From assembly GCF_006345805.1 (NCBI RefSeq), contig NC_042998.1:91822001-91886000 (forward strand): a stretch of 64,000 nt of DNA. The letters are read 5' to 3'. Positions 13,546 to 26,521 of the stretch are shown one piece after another. The translations under genes and the position numbers were made by a program. This DNA comes from Octopus sinensis. Taxonomy: Eukaryota. The notes under the pieces were generated by a model. It did no database searches. It was not told the origin of the DNA and saw nothing but the letters and a program-made list of their open reading frames with translations. Numbering within the stretch: position 1 is the stretch's first letter; each line of letters opens with the position of its first letter.

Positions 13546-14109
13546 ATCTCTATTACATAAATGAATGAACTATTTATAACAACATAATAGTAAGAGTGCT
13601 TTGTGTTGTCTGACTGTACAGACCAACTAGAGCATATTCTAAATAATCAATAAAATTAACAATATGGCTGAGGGCAAATACCTGAGGGGAGTTCTCTGTA
13701 TGCTGAATGCAAATACAGTAAGTTGAAAAATCTTCAATCAACAGAGAATTTGTGCAATTCCAATGAGGAGACAAACAAATCCCTTTAGGAAAGTTTAAAA
13801 ATCAAAACAAGAGAAGCAAGGGAGATAACTCCAATAAGGTCAGTTGATTGACATTGTGAGACAATATACTCATATGTATACTCATACACCCACATACACT
13901 GATTTATATATACATATATGTAGCCACACATATATGAATGTATATATACATGTGCATGTATATATATTTAATGTTTAAAATGACCTGGCTAGTTTGACAG
14001 TTATGAAGTTTCTGTTGTTTAGAAACAATGAATTAGTCTCCAAACAATTATATAAAATGCATAAGAACTGGGGTAATCAAGGAGCAGTTTTGGAAATGAC
14101 ATTTAATTA

Positions 14110-14508
14110 TCTTTTATCTTTTACTTGTTTCGCCTAATGGACTGTAGCCATGCTTGGGCACTGCTTTGAAGGGTTTAGTCAACTTAATCGATCTCAGTGC
14201 TTTTTTTCAAGTCTGGTACTTATTCTATCAGTCTCTTTTGCTGAGTCACTAAATTATAGGGACATAAGGAAACCAACACTGGTTATCATGTAGTGGTGGT
14301 GAATGGAGACAGACACAAAGATAGATAGAAAGAGAGAGACAGACAGACAGACAGAATGGCTTCCACACATTTATGTCTACTATATTCATTCATAAGGCAT
14401 TGATTGGCTCAGAGTTTTAGTAGAAGACACCTGTCGAAAGTGCTATGCAGTATGATTGAACTTAAAATCATGCGGTTGCAAAGCAGGCTTCTTAATTACA
14501 CAACCATG
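14110..14508 (-). mobile_element. tRNA-derived SINE with internal microsatellite (family of 57020)
   Basis: Reverse complement follows the 57020 copy: head, agtagaagacac, internal (GACA/GATA)n, ggtacttattctatc, ttttacttgtttc tail. Confidence 0.7.
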
Positions 14509-15914
14509 GAAAGTGAACAGTAAACATTATCTGATTCCAGATATCCATGAATGATTTTCATCTGCTGAAAGATTATATGAAAGTAGATATCTGATAATTA
14601 ATGTTATTGGAGCAAAGATTTAAAATACATAAATATGTCTCAAAGTTACACAAGATATCATAAGGAAGCAACCTGATAAGCAGTTTATATATTTGTGAAC
14701 ACACAAAAAAAAAACAATAAGGAAAGAATGTGAATCAAAATATGTATTTCATTCTCTCTAATTTCCTTAAATAATAATTAGACTACTATCAGAAAATTAA
14801 ACAGTTTGAGTTATTGATTATTTTGTATTACTAGTAAAAAGTAAAAATTAATAAATTGTAAAGTTTTTAGAAAACTTAACAATGAGCAAAACTTTCTAGT
14901 GTTATAAAGAAAGCAAACTAAGATTTATTCCATGGTTTGGCAGTTTCATTCTATAGACTGTAAGTCGTTACCTAGCAATAAGAGAAGTTGTATGTGCACC
15001 TCAGTGTAGAGAGATTCGTGATGTAGCAACCAATACAATATGTTTACAAAATTGTTCTTTAAATACTATAGAAAATGATAGAGCAGATTGATCTATACTT
15101 ATGTGTATATGAATAAGTCAGCAATAAACACAAATAAACAGATTGGTGGACAGTGAGGTAAAAAGACAGAGAGAGATTAATGTATTTGCAAGTTAGCATT
15201 GATACAATCTTTGAGTGTACACAATGGAATCATCAAATTATACTGAAACTGAATACTAACATTTACCAGTCAAGAGAATGATGCAGCAGTATGTTCCTAG
15301 CAAATAGTTGTATGAATTCACTTTGTCTTCAATGAATAGTGTTGCAATACTTGCCACTAAAAATAATGCACATTAATTTAAGCATCCAAAGATCACAATT
15401 AAAGTCAATAAACTTCCAGATGGATCATCAAGATCAAGGATGACTTACACTTGCTATTTAGCATTTAATATCAAAAATATTGATAGATCTATGTAGTAAC
15501 TGTCAATGAAAAGAGGTGTATCTGAGCAACATTGGGATATATAACCAGGGGCAGGTAAAAGTGAAGGCAAATTAGTTCAATGAAAAGATAAATGTTACAG
15601 ATATGCAGCTTTGGATTTATGTAGAAATTCAACACAAAAGCTGAATCAGTTTTGAAACAAATTAAATTTCAATAGACACAACATAATTGGTTACCGGGAA
15701 ATGAAATGATGACATAGAGATTTATAAAAAATAAAGTTTTGGACCTTTAAAACTTTCCTAATATACTATTCTGGTTTGCTGGTCAAATCCCCTTTCTTCA
15801 GCAGATGAAACCTACAAACAAAAGGTGTGACAATACACCAGATAACTGACAATCCAGACTAATGAAGAGAAGGACTCATAAAGTGATGGCAATAAATTAA
15901 AGATAATTGCCTTA

Positions 15915-16248
15915 TGGGCTCTTGTGCTGGTGGCACATGAAAAAAACATTCGAGCGAGGTCGTTGCCAGTGCTGCTGGACTGGCTCCAGTGCATGTAGCA
16001 CATAAAAAGCACCATTTGCATGTGGCCATTACCAGTACTGCCTGACTGGCCCTTGTGCCGGTGGCATGTAAAAGCACCCACTACACTCTCGGAGTGGTTG
16101 GCATTAGGAAGGGCATCTAGCTGTAGAAACTCTACCAGATCAAGATTGGAGCCTGATGCAGCCATCTGGTTTGCCAGTCCTCAATCAAATCGTTCAACCC
16201 ATGCTAGCATGGAAAGCAGACGTTAAACGATGATCATGACGATGACGA
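15915..16248 (+). mobile_element. RTE LINE 3'UTR fragment
   Basis: ggtggcac..aaaa modules, then cacccactacactctcggagtggttggcattaggaagggcatc...ccatgctagcatggaaagcagacgttaaacgatgat, as at 27843-28010. Confidence 0.85.
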
Positions 16249-17339
16249 ATATAACTGTATGTGACTGAAAACATAAATGTGCTGCTATCTGTTGCAAGCA
16301 ACCTACCATATTGCAGTTAGTTGAAGGATTATAATTTTATTAGCTGACACATCTAAGATTCCACCAAGGATTCCACACTGCACATAATTTTCTAAATTCT
16401 CAGTGAGGTGTTGTTATTTGAATTAGGGATAAAAACAACAACTTCAAACATATATGTGGTGTAAATATTGCAATCAACACTATAACTGTGCATTAACATT
16501 TCTGAGCTACAAGTTGGAAAATGAATTCTTAGGAAGTCAGTAGAGATGAGAATGAATGTCTCTGTGGGTAGCAACTAGAGAACATGAAACCTCAACTGGT
16601 TGTGGCAGGAAAATAGCTGTTGTTAGGCAGCAGGAGATTGGTTAGTGACACTTTAGATGAAAAATTTTAGGTAGCAGGCTGATCAATTTCCAAGGAGAGA
16701 AAAAAGAGTAGAGATGTGATGCCTGACAAATACTTGACCAATTAGCTGGTTGGTCATAAATAGAATACCTGATATAAAATTATTGTATAATGTAGTCGAA
16801 AAATATATGGTATGGTACCAAGCAAAAAATTGTGAAAGAGTACTTCTTAAAATTACTTCATCCAGAACAATGTTTAGCTTAAAGAGAAAGAGAAATAACC
16901 TTATTCCACATAACTATCAAAGCTTGAACCTTGCCTTCACCAACATCCTGCTCCATGACTGTTCATCAATATATACTGGTCAGTGATTTTAGCTTTTGTG
17001 CCAATACCTTGTGAGCAAACCTTGCTTGAATGGTATATGAGCTGGCCTGGATTGAGCAGCAGACATAAAGGAACCATTCTTAACTTGACTATACAATCGT
17101 CTTTGTCAAAACATAAACATCTTTATCAAGATGCTATTGAAGCTACCTACTCCTAGATGGGAGAGCCAGTGGCTCTCGAAATTTTATTGTAACCATTGAA
17201 GAAGAATATGGTTCGTAATCACAGTCATTTAATCTGTCATCAAAATATTCCAAATGAAAATGGTTCTGTAAACTAATTAAAATAGTTTGAAGCTGTCTAT
17301 ACTGGCAGAACTGGATTGATATTTAACAAGTTGAAAATT

Positions 17340-17885
17340 TCATCATCATCATTTAAACATTCACTTTTCTATGCTTGCATAGGTCAGACAGAATTCATTG
17401 AGCAAATTTTCTATAGTCAAATGCTCTTCCTGTCCATCGCTAACCCTTACTTGTTTCCATGTAATATTTCCTGGTGACTGGACATGCTTTCACACAAGAT
17501 TAGAAACAAATATACTGTCTGTATGATTGCAATGCTCATTTACAACTGTTGTGCAATATCAAGACAAGAAGGCACAAACACAAACACACATTACAACAGG
17601 TTTCTTTCAGTTGCTACAGAATTCCAAAGGAGCATTTATAAGTGTGTTGGTAACATCTTCCTTGAAGGACAAAAGGATTCTGTTAACAGTTGATACTCAT
17701 CTTCAATAGACACCAAGAGTCTTAACCCATGGGATTGTGTATTAAACACAACTTTAATTGTTATCATTCAATGAAATGGAGTTGTAGAAAAAGACACTTG
17801 TTCAAGGTGCTGCACAGTGGGACGGAACCCAAAAATAATGTGGTTGGGAAACAAACTTCTTAACTACACAACGTTGATAGTAATT
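17340..17885 (-). mobile_element. Decayed SINE with RTE-type tail, interrupted by another repeat fragment
   Basis: Same module order as 18255-18700 (catcatcat tail, caatatcaagacaag body, tRNA-like head). Confidence 0.5.
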
Positions 17886-18254
17886 GTAAAGCAGTCAAAA
17901 ACTGTTCCATCGAAATGCTTTTGTTTCATATCCAGAACCATATTTATGAATTGGGATATCACCAAATCTGAAACACTAAGGAAATATTTTGGTAATAATA
18001 ATATTGTTGATGTATCTTTATCAAATCAAGTCTTATCAATAATCCCCAATTATAAAATGAAGTTAAAATCCAGTTTACAATACTCTCTAGACAACTGAGA
18101 TAAAGGTTTGAGACAGACTTAATCTTAAAAGCAAAAGAGCTGCTTAAGTCTTCTGACTCTGTTAAATCTAAACTGAAGACAAGTGGAAGTATTTTGATCG
18201 GTACTTGACATAACTGAAGGACCCAAAGTAGATTCTGCAGAAAATGAAGTACCT

Positions 18255-18700
18255 CATCATTATCATTGTTTCAACGTTCACTTTTCCATATTTTCATGGG
18301 TCAAAATTTGTTGGGGTACATTTTCTATGACTATTCCTGTCACCAACCTGAACATGTTTCCAAGCAAGGTAATATTTCCACATTGTCAGACATGTTTTTA
18401 TCAAAGAATAGAAATGAGGAACACCACCTATGTGACAATGCCACTTGCTTAAAAGTATTGTACAATATCAAGACAAGGAGACATAAATACATACTCACAT
18501 CTATGCACACACACACACACACACATACAGATATATGATGAGATCCCTTCTGTTTCCATCTACCATGTACACTCACAAAGCTTTAGTTGGCTAGAGGCTA
18601 TAATAGAAGGTTGCTTGCTTAAAGTGCAATACAGTGAGACTGAACATAAAAACCATGTGATTGAGAACTAAACTTCTTAACCATACAGCTATGCCTGCAC
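18255..18700 (-). mobile_element. SINE: tRNA head + internal (CA)n + RTE-type tail
   Basis: Reverse complement reads aggtgcaggcatagctgtatggttaagaag (head as 57020/36170)...(TG)n...ggaaatattaccttgcttggaaac...catgaaaatatggaaaagtgaacgttgaaacaatgataatgatg. Confidence 0.65.
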
Positions 18701-19859
18701 CTAGAGAAGTACCTTCAGCATTATCATTAAAAGGAGGATCTGAGGTTTTTATGCCACACTTTAAAGGACAACTTTGCAACAATCAAAACAAAAAGTCTAA
18801 TGAGCTGAAGATATTACACGCAGATAAATCACTGGACTGAGACTTGCAGAAAATCACCTTCTTGCTATCATAAAAACAATAAATTGTTTACAGAATTTGT
18901 TATATCTATACAATGAATCAATTCATGAAATACTGTACAGAATTTAAATCTTCAGTGAACATCTATATGTTAGATATGTTTTGTGTAGAATATTGAGGAC
19001 TAGCACTAGAGATATAAATATTAGTTATTTGGTTTGGTAAAAACTTGTTTACAGAACTTTTCTATGAGAGATTGCATGGCAAATTTCCTTACCTCTATAA
19101 AGCTGTAAGGGGAAATCCTTAATACAGAACATTCAATGTCCATAACAGATACTGAGTATACCAACACACTTGATTGAGTCTTCTGTCAGAGATTGTTATA
19201 AAAGCCTAAGGCTTCAGAATTACAGTAGAATGTTTATAAGCAAGTTAGTTATGTTTCATTGGAGGACGAAAAGAGTTCTGTTAACAGCTTATACGCATCT
19301 TAACCCATAGGATTACGTATTAAATCCAACTTTATTTGTTATCATTCAATATGATATTCATTGTTAATTGAAAGTATGTGAAGATTATGAATGACATTGA
19401 GGGTGTTAAGATATTACAAGAATATTTAAATAAACAAATAATTGAGTCTAAACTGTGACAAATATTCTTAAAATTGTCAAATGTAGTAAATTTAGGTTCA
19501 AACAATACAGATTTAGGTGGCTGAAGGATTCTTGCCAAATGAGTGAACTTATCTGCTGAAGAAAGAAATATCTAGGTCTAATGGGAGAAAATTTTCTTTA
19601 ACATAAATAGCAAGAAAATTCAACCTCAAAAACAGAAAATATTTTAAAATTCTGTCAGCCATCAACAAAAGATATATTATTTAAGAAATTATACAAGCTA
19701 AGGAGACAGAAAACTTCCTTAAACATCAAAGGCAATCAGCTTGGTAGTCTTTGGAAGGACTTTAAATCTGAAACATCAATTTAATTTTTCCAAAAAAGTG
19801 TTCAATAGTTCTTCAGTTTGCATGTATATATCAAGCAATGGCCTTGCTCAACATGCAGA

Positions 19860-20540
19860 AAAGGAGTGGTAAGAACTTCTTATGCTGTACATGGGATAAA
19901 CCATTGATGCACAAGAGATGTAATGGAATCATATGTTGACTAAGACAGAAAGCAGATCAAAAAGCACTGAGAGCATGCTAAAACTAGATTTTCTTAGATG
20001 CCCAGCTACAAGTAGTTAATAGCATGTTACCTTAGAAACATAATTAGCAGTATCAGTTATTGTTCAAAACGTTTAGTAACTAGAATAAGAACAGAGTGTA
20101 AAAATATTCAGGGAGCTATTACCACTACTGGCAAAAAAGATCTCCTTCAGCATGAAGGTCAGATGCTTATGTGTTAATTGGGCTTTGAATGCAAAAGACT
20201 AGAAGCAAGCACACTCTGATAAGTACAAATCAGTTGATGGAAAAGCAACATGTAAGGGAAATCAGTTGTAGGGTGCAAGAGACAAGGTTGTGCTGGTATG
20301 GGCATATGATGCATATGGAGGATGATTGTTGTGTAAGGAGGTGTTGTGTACTCAAAGTAGAGAAGTCAAGGAAATAAGGATACTAAGGAAAACTTGGGGC
20401 AAAGTGGTGAAGGCCAGTCTGAAAATGCTAAATCTCACAGAAAGGATGACAAGAGATTGTATACTTTGATGATATAAGGTCCTACAGAAGACCTGATCAT
20501 TCATGATGTGAAACATACATTGAAATGAGAAGAGTGACAG
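19860..20540 (+). mobile_element. Degraded RTE LINE C-terminal fragment (same family as 24874)
   Basis: Remnants of the PHD (MHKRC), RVRTECKIFRELLPLL and VQETRLCWYGHMMHMEDDCCVRRC segments. Confidence 0.65.
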
Positions 20541-23500
20541 AAGCTGGGGCCTGTGTGTGAGTGTGTGTGTATATCTGCATGCATGTGTGTGTGTGTGTGT
20601 ATTTGTATCCTGCCAAGCCTGTATTTGCTGCCATGTCATACATCCTTGATTCTCCCTCCTCTTCCTTCTTTGATTATCTTCCTTCCTTCAACTCCCACCC
20701 CATTCACTTCAATCATCATTTATCTTCTCACCACCTGTGAAACTTGCAAGCCACAAGTAGCCATCTCCATCCCCATCATTCTTCCTCTCCCAATCTTCAC
20801 CAAGCTTACATATGATAGGCTGTATTAATCCAACCTCATCACTCAGCCTGTGCCCTCCTTCCCTCCTCCATCTATCCTTTCATTCACATCAGTCATTTCC
20901 CCATCGCTCCTCCACTTTATTTAACTACCTGTGATGTTCACAAATGACAAATGAACTCTTCGATCACTATCCTCATCATTCTATTGGCCCTTTCACTAGG
21001 CCTATAAGTCACTGTATCAAATCATCTATACCTACTACGCTCTACTTTATCCTATCCATGCTACCATCACACACACACACACACATACTCTCTCTCTCTC
21101 TCTACCTTCTCTGTCATTTCACCTTAGTGAGAGTACTCTGTATACTTACAGTGTAAAAAATACTCCTCATTGTATGCTTGTGTCATGATGGCAACACTTC
21201 ATTTTACAAACTCTTCTGCACATCTCTAGAGTGATTGGTGAGCAAGCAGAGGTAAAGCAGTCTTGAAATATCACTTATTTCTGTCTCACCAAGGACTTGA
21301 CAACCACCCTAGAACTTGTGCTACAAAAGCACATCCAGTATACACTTTAAAGTGGATGGCAAATGAATAGAGGCAGCATATGGTTCAAAAGTTCATTAGT
21401 TCTGTCTTGTAGAGAACTTATCAACATCTTTAGTACTGGTACTATGGTACTATAAGAACTGTACAGTGTGTACAGTGACTTACATTAGAATGGGAATTCA
21501 TTCATAGAAGCCAGGCCAATGTTATGTATGAATACCAAAATATGAGAGTGGTAGGCCAATAATAAAAGGGTCCAAACTGATGATGCATCCAGCTGATGTC
21601 ACCATGGAAAGCAGAGACAAAATGATCACACATACATGAACTCATTGCTAACCTTCAAGGTGAGGGTTGGCAGAATACCGTATATGTGAATGTATTCTAT
21701 TCAGATCTGATTATTATGGTCCTCCAGGTTACAACTAAGGTGTTTATGACTGGAAGCCATTAAAAAATCCTATAGTCAGCTGACTTAGTTTTCATAGATT
21801 AATTCCAAAGAAGGAAGCCAAAACCTGGAATTACGGTACCTGAAAGTGTATTTGTCAAAGGTAAATGTTTTAGTTTGCAGGTAAAAAGACAGGGAGTTAG
21901 TACCCAAAGTAAAGTAAAGGTAAACAAAAAATGCTGGGAGATCAGAGGCAAGCTGACAAAGAAATTTAGTACATGGTAGATGTACAAGAAGAGTTAGCTT
22001 TAAGAGCATCATAAAATATATTCTTTCAAATGCTTTGAAGAACTTATAATGAGTAGTACTCAATAACTTCCATTAACTAGGTGATCTAATTAGCTGTTGG
22101 GGTGAATATTCCAAGAGCATCTTAGCCCAAGTAATAACCAGGAGGAAAAAGGAAGGAAGATATTACCTTTGTTGGTAACAAAAAGACTATCCCTGAGTGA
22201 AGGGTGGATTGTATCTTGATTGAATATAAAGTAAAATGCTGCATGGCACTTAGGTAATGAAAGGCGAGAATATTTGAGGCTGGAAAGAAATGATGAGAGC
22301 AAGCTCTGCTAGATGGGAAATATCATTGTGCATGAATGATATAGCAAAAATGAGCTAAGAGGAAAATGTATTATGAGAGCAATCGACTGTAGTTGTCAAG
22401 AGAAGAGATTGTGCTGGTATAGTGGAATAGATTGGGTCCTGTCTACTTAGACTTGTTGGCACTATGAAACTATTTTGGTAATGGCCTTTTTGCCAATGAA
22501 TGACTTGGTGCTGAAGTCAGACATGCACACACACACACACACAGAAATATTAAAATGTATTGAAAATTAAGCCAATTGACACAAACATTCCTTTCGTAAA
22601 TACATATAAAGAAATACACACACACACACACACACACCACACACACAGAAAAGAGTAAGATAAACTGAAAATTATATAACTAAAATGGAGTAATCTCCCT
22701 TTGCATGAAATAAATACATAATGATAAGAGCCATCTGTGTATCACAATTAATGCAGATACATTTGCAAAACAATAAATTAGCAGGTGTACTTTTCTGAAG
22801 ATAATGTCACTTATGGACGTACTGTGTTAAATAACACAAAAATATATCAGTAGCAGAAGAAAATCATCCAGTAGCAGTAGTGGGAATACTAAATGTGCAT
22901 TTCTGCCTCATTGAGCTTTGTCAGTCACATATATTCAATGGCAACTTAATGATTAAAAGGAAAGTATATTAAATCTCTAGCTTTACTCTGATCTTAATTT
23001 GATAATTATGAATAACGCTCCCTAGGAATTGGCAGCACCTAAAATATGTAGCTTTGCATATTTTTTTTATTTCCTTATGCTCTCAGTGGCAAAATTTAAA
23101 AATCAGTATTGGTTTTGCTTGTTGTACAAAAATCCATGATTGACTAATTTTTCATTTTGTCAATACTTCATCAACCAATATATTCTTAAACAAAGCTTAA
23201 ATAAAAAGCTAAACAAAGTCTAATAGTTAAGTAATTCCATGGTAGTGAGTAGAAGTTAATTGATACATAGAATATAAACAAAATTTTCTCAGAACCAAAT
23301 TGTCTTAATGCCACACACATTTTAATGCAAAAAGTCTTATATATAAATCATCATGTACCAAAATGGCTATGTCATTTCAACTACCAACAGCTCCTTAAAC
23401 CCCGGTATGGATGGGCGAGTTTAAGCTGCATGACAGGCAAGTAATGAAATACCAAGTCAAAAGAAATTGTGGAAAAAGAAAATTAAGTGACACTACACAA

Positions 23501-24618
23501 AAATGCTGAAATCTATTCTGAAAATAGTGAACCACTGAAAGGAAAAGATGAGTAAACATGACAAACTGAGAGATATTTTTCTGAAGAAAACTTAAAAAAC
23601 TTTGGTTGACCCAGGACTATAATAAAAGCACTCAACCAAGATACCACATAATTCAATGTAACTGAAGCAGAAACCAAATGGTTGGGAAGTGAACTTTTAA
23701 CCATACAGTTATGCCTACACATACATGCACGTGCATGTATGTACATAGCCATTATTAAGCAAGTTTCTTATTAATCTAATATTCCTTTGCACAAAGTTGC
23801 CTGGATGCAAGTACATATGAATGTATATTTACTCATATATGTATATACATAAATATATTGCTTTAGTTGCAGATGTTCATATTTTGCCTTAAACACATAT
23901 ATTTGGTCTTCACTTCAGCTTTATTATTATTATTATTATTGTTGTTGTTGTTGTTTCTTTGTCAAAGTTCTTTCATTGCATGTTCTGTGACCTCTTCAAT
24001 GTATCACCTCTTGTCCTGCTTATTACATTTTGTCTTTCTGTGGTATGTAACCTTATCTATGCATTGGTTCATATCTGTGTGTGTGTGTGTGTGAGTGAGC
24101 TGAAGTGAACAATGAATATATAGTGCATGAGTGTGTTTAATATGCAAAATATGACCATCTCCAAGTATAACAATATTTCTTCCAACACACAATTTCACAT
24201 CAAGAATATTGCAAAACAAATACATAAACATATGTAAACATATAAATATATATAATTGTTACTGGTGGCAGGGGAAACTACTTCTCTACTCAGTAACACA
24301 ATTGCATCCCATGCAACAGGTGACACTCATCTCAGAGTTATTAGATGTAACTAATTGATTAAGAACTGGCAGATAAGGAGGTCTTACACTCATGATCCAA
24401 CATCAATCAGCCTTATTATGAAATCAATGATTTTATTCAGTGTCCAATCTATCAGACATGCACTTTACATCTGTGAAACATTAAACAATACAGCTCTATT
24501 TCTGAGTGTTAACATATGTACATACAAATAAGCATATGCTATATACATATATTGGAAAATGTATGAGATCCTTGGTACAATGAAGTCATTCTTTTTCTTT
24601 TTTCACATATATATCCTC

Positions 24619-24855
24619 ATCATCATCATCGTTTAATGTCCGTTTTCCATGCTAGCATGGGTTGAATAGTTTGACTGGGGTCTGGGAAGCCAGGAGGCTG
24701 CACCAGGCTCCAATCTGATCTGGCAGTGTTTCTACAGCTGGATGGCCTTCCTAACGCCAACCACTCTGTGAGTGTAGTGGGTGCTTTTTACGTGCCAGGG
24801 GAGGCTGGCAACGGCCATGATTGGTTGGTGCTTTTTATGTGCCACTGGCATGGAA
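24619..24855 (-). mobile_element. RTE LINE 3' tail fragment
   Basis: catcatcatcgtttaatgtccgttttccatgctagcatgggttg...ccttcctaacgccaaccactc is the reverse complement of the RTE terminus. Confidence 0.88.
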
Positions 24856-24873
24856 TATATATATATATATATA

Positions 24874-26521
24874 CAGTTCCTTAGTAGATAAGGCCATTAG
24901 AAGCATGAAAACAGGGAAAGCCCCAGGCCCATCAGGAATTACTGCAGAGATGCTCAAAATATCTGGTAGTGTCGGCTATAGCTTAGTCACCCATATAGTT
25001 AACCAGGTGATACACGAAGGAGTCATACCCAATGACTGGTGTAGCAGCATAATAGTCAACTGCTACAAAGGTAAAGGCGACGCCCTAGATACAAATAACT
25101 ACAAGGGCATCAAGCTGCTGGATCAAGTAATGAAGGTTACGGAGAGGGTTATAGCCCAATTAATTAGAGAGAGAGTTAGCTTAGATGATATGCAGTTTGG
25201 GTTCGTGCCAGGGAAAAGTACTACTGATGCTATATTCCTGGTAAGACAGCTGCAGGAGAAATACCTAGCCAAAGATAAGCCCTTGTACCTGGCTTTTGTT
25301 GACTTGGAGAAAGCCTTTGACAGGGTCCCCCGATCCCTTATCTGGTGGTCAATGAGGAAACTAGGGATAGATGAATGGTTAGTGAGAGCTGTGCGAGCCA
25401 TGTACAGAGACGCTGCTAGTAAGGTGAGGGTTGGCAACGAGTACAGTGAAGAATTCCGGGTAGAGGTTGGGGTCCACCAAGGTTCAGTCCTCAGTCCCCT
25501 CCTATTTATCATAGTCCTCCAGGCAATAACGGAGGAATTCAAGACAGGATGCCCCTGGGAGCTCCTCTATGCTGATGACCTTGCTCTAATTGCTGAGTCA
25601 CTATCAGAACTGGAGGAGAAGTTTCAGGTGTGGAAACAAGGATTAGAATCGAAGGGCCTTAGAATCAACCTAGCCAAAACCAAAGTCCTAATAAGTAGGA
25701 AGGTGGACCAATCACAAACGACTTCAGGTAGCTGGCCCTGCTCGATCTGTAAAAAAGGTGTAGGTAGAAACTCTATAAGGTGCACCAAGTGTAAGCTATG
25801 GACACATAAGAGGTGCAGCAATGTCAAAGGAAGGCTAACTAGGAAAATAGTTTTTGTTTGTGGCAGATGCTCAGGAGCAATAAACACTGGAAATGTGCAG
25901 AGACCAACTTCTACCACGTTCCAGGGAGACAAACTAGAAGTAGTTGATAGCTTCCGCTACCTAGGAGACCAAGTCAGTAGCGGGGGTGGGTGTGCTGAAA
26001 GTGTAACTGCTAGAGTAAGAATAGCCTGGGCAAAGTTTAGAGAGCTCTTACCCCTGCTGGTGACAAAAGGCTTCTCGCTCAGAGTAAAAGGCAGACTGTA
26101 TGATGCATGTGTACGTACAGCCATGCTACATGGTAGTGAAACATGGGCCGTGACTGCTGAGGATATGCGTAAGCTCGCAAGAAATGAAGCCAGTATGCTC
26201 CGATGGATGTGTAATGTCAGTGTTCATAATCGACAGAGTGTAAGTACCTTGAGAGAAAAGTTGAACCTAAGAAGCGTCAGTTGTGGTGTGCAAGAGAGAC
26301 GGCTGCGCTGGTATAGTCATGTGACGAGAATGGCTGAAGATAGTTGTGTGCAAAAGTGCTACACCCTAGCAGTTGAGGGAACCTGTGGAAGAGGTAGACC
26401 CAGGAAAACCTGGGACGAGGTGGTGAAGCACGACCTTCAAACTTTAGGTCTCACCAAGGAAATGACTAGAGACCGAGACCTATGGAAGTATGCTGTGCGT
26501 GAGAAGACCCGGCAAGACTAG
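24874..26521 (+). CDS. RTE reverse transcriptase (N-truncated) with inserted PHD-type C4HC3 finger
   Basis: KAPGPSG, QFGFVPG, FVDLEKAFDRV, GVHQGSVLSP, LLYADD, GLRINLAKTK, FRYLG, RLRWY, GRGRPRKTW motifs; about 548 stop-free codons. Confidence 0.93.

Noticed and set aside
16600-19560. Possible old CR1/L2-type LINE remnants and a ~90-bp duplication (about 17660-17770 versus 19260-19350)
   Set aside because: Too decayed to delimit or classify by eye; most likely fragments of a dispersed repeat.
23385-23445. Small CpG-containing hairpin, or a 41-nt minus-strand micro-exon (LKLAHPYRGLRSC)
   Set aside because: The donor is weak, I found no partner exons on the minus strand, and the stem is short and bulged.
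24821-24873. N-terminus MVGAFYVPLAWNIYIYIY of the 566-aa ORF
   Set aside because: Chance read-through from an inverted RTE tail and (TA)n. The element is 5'-truncated and is not an autonomous full-length LINE.
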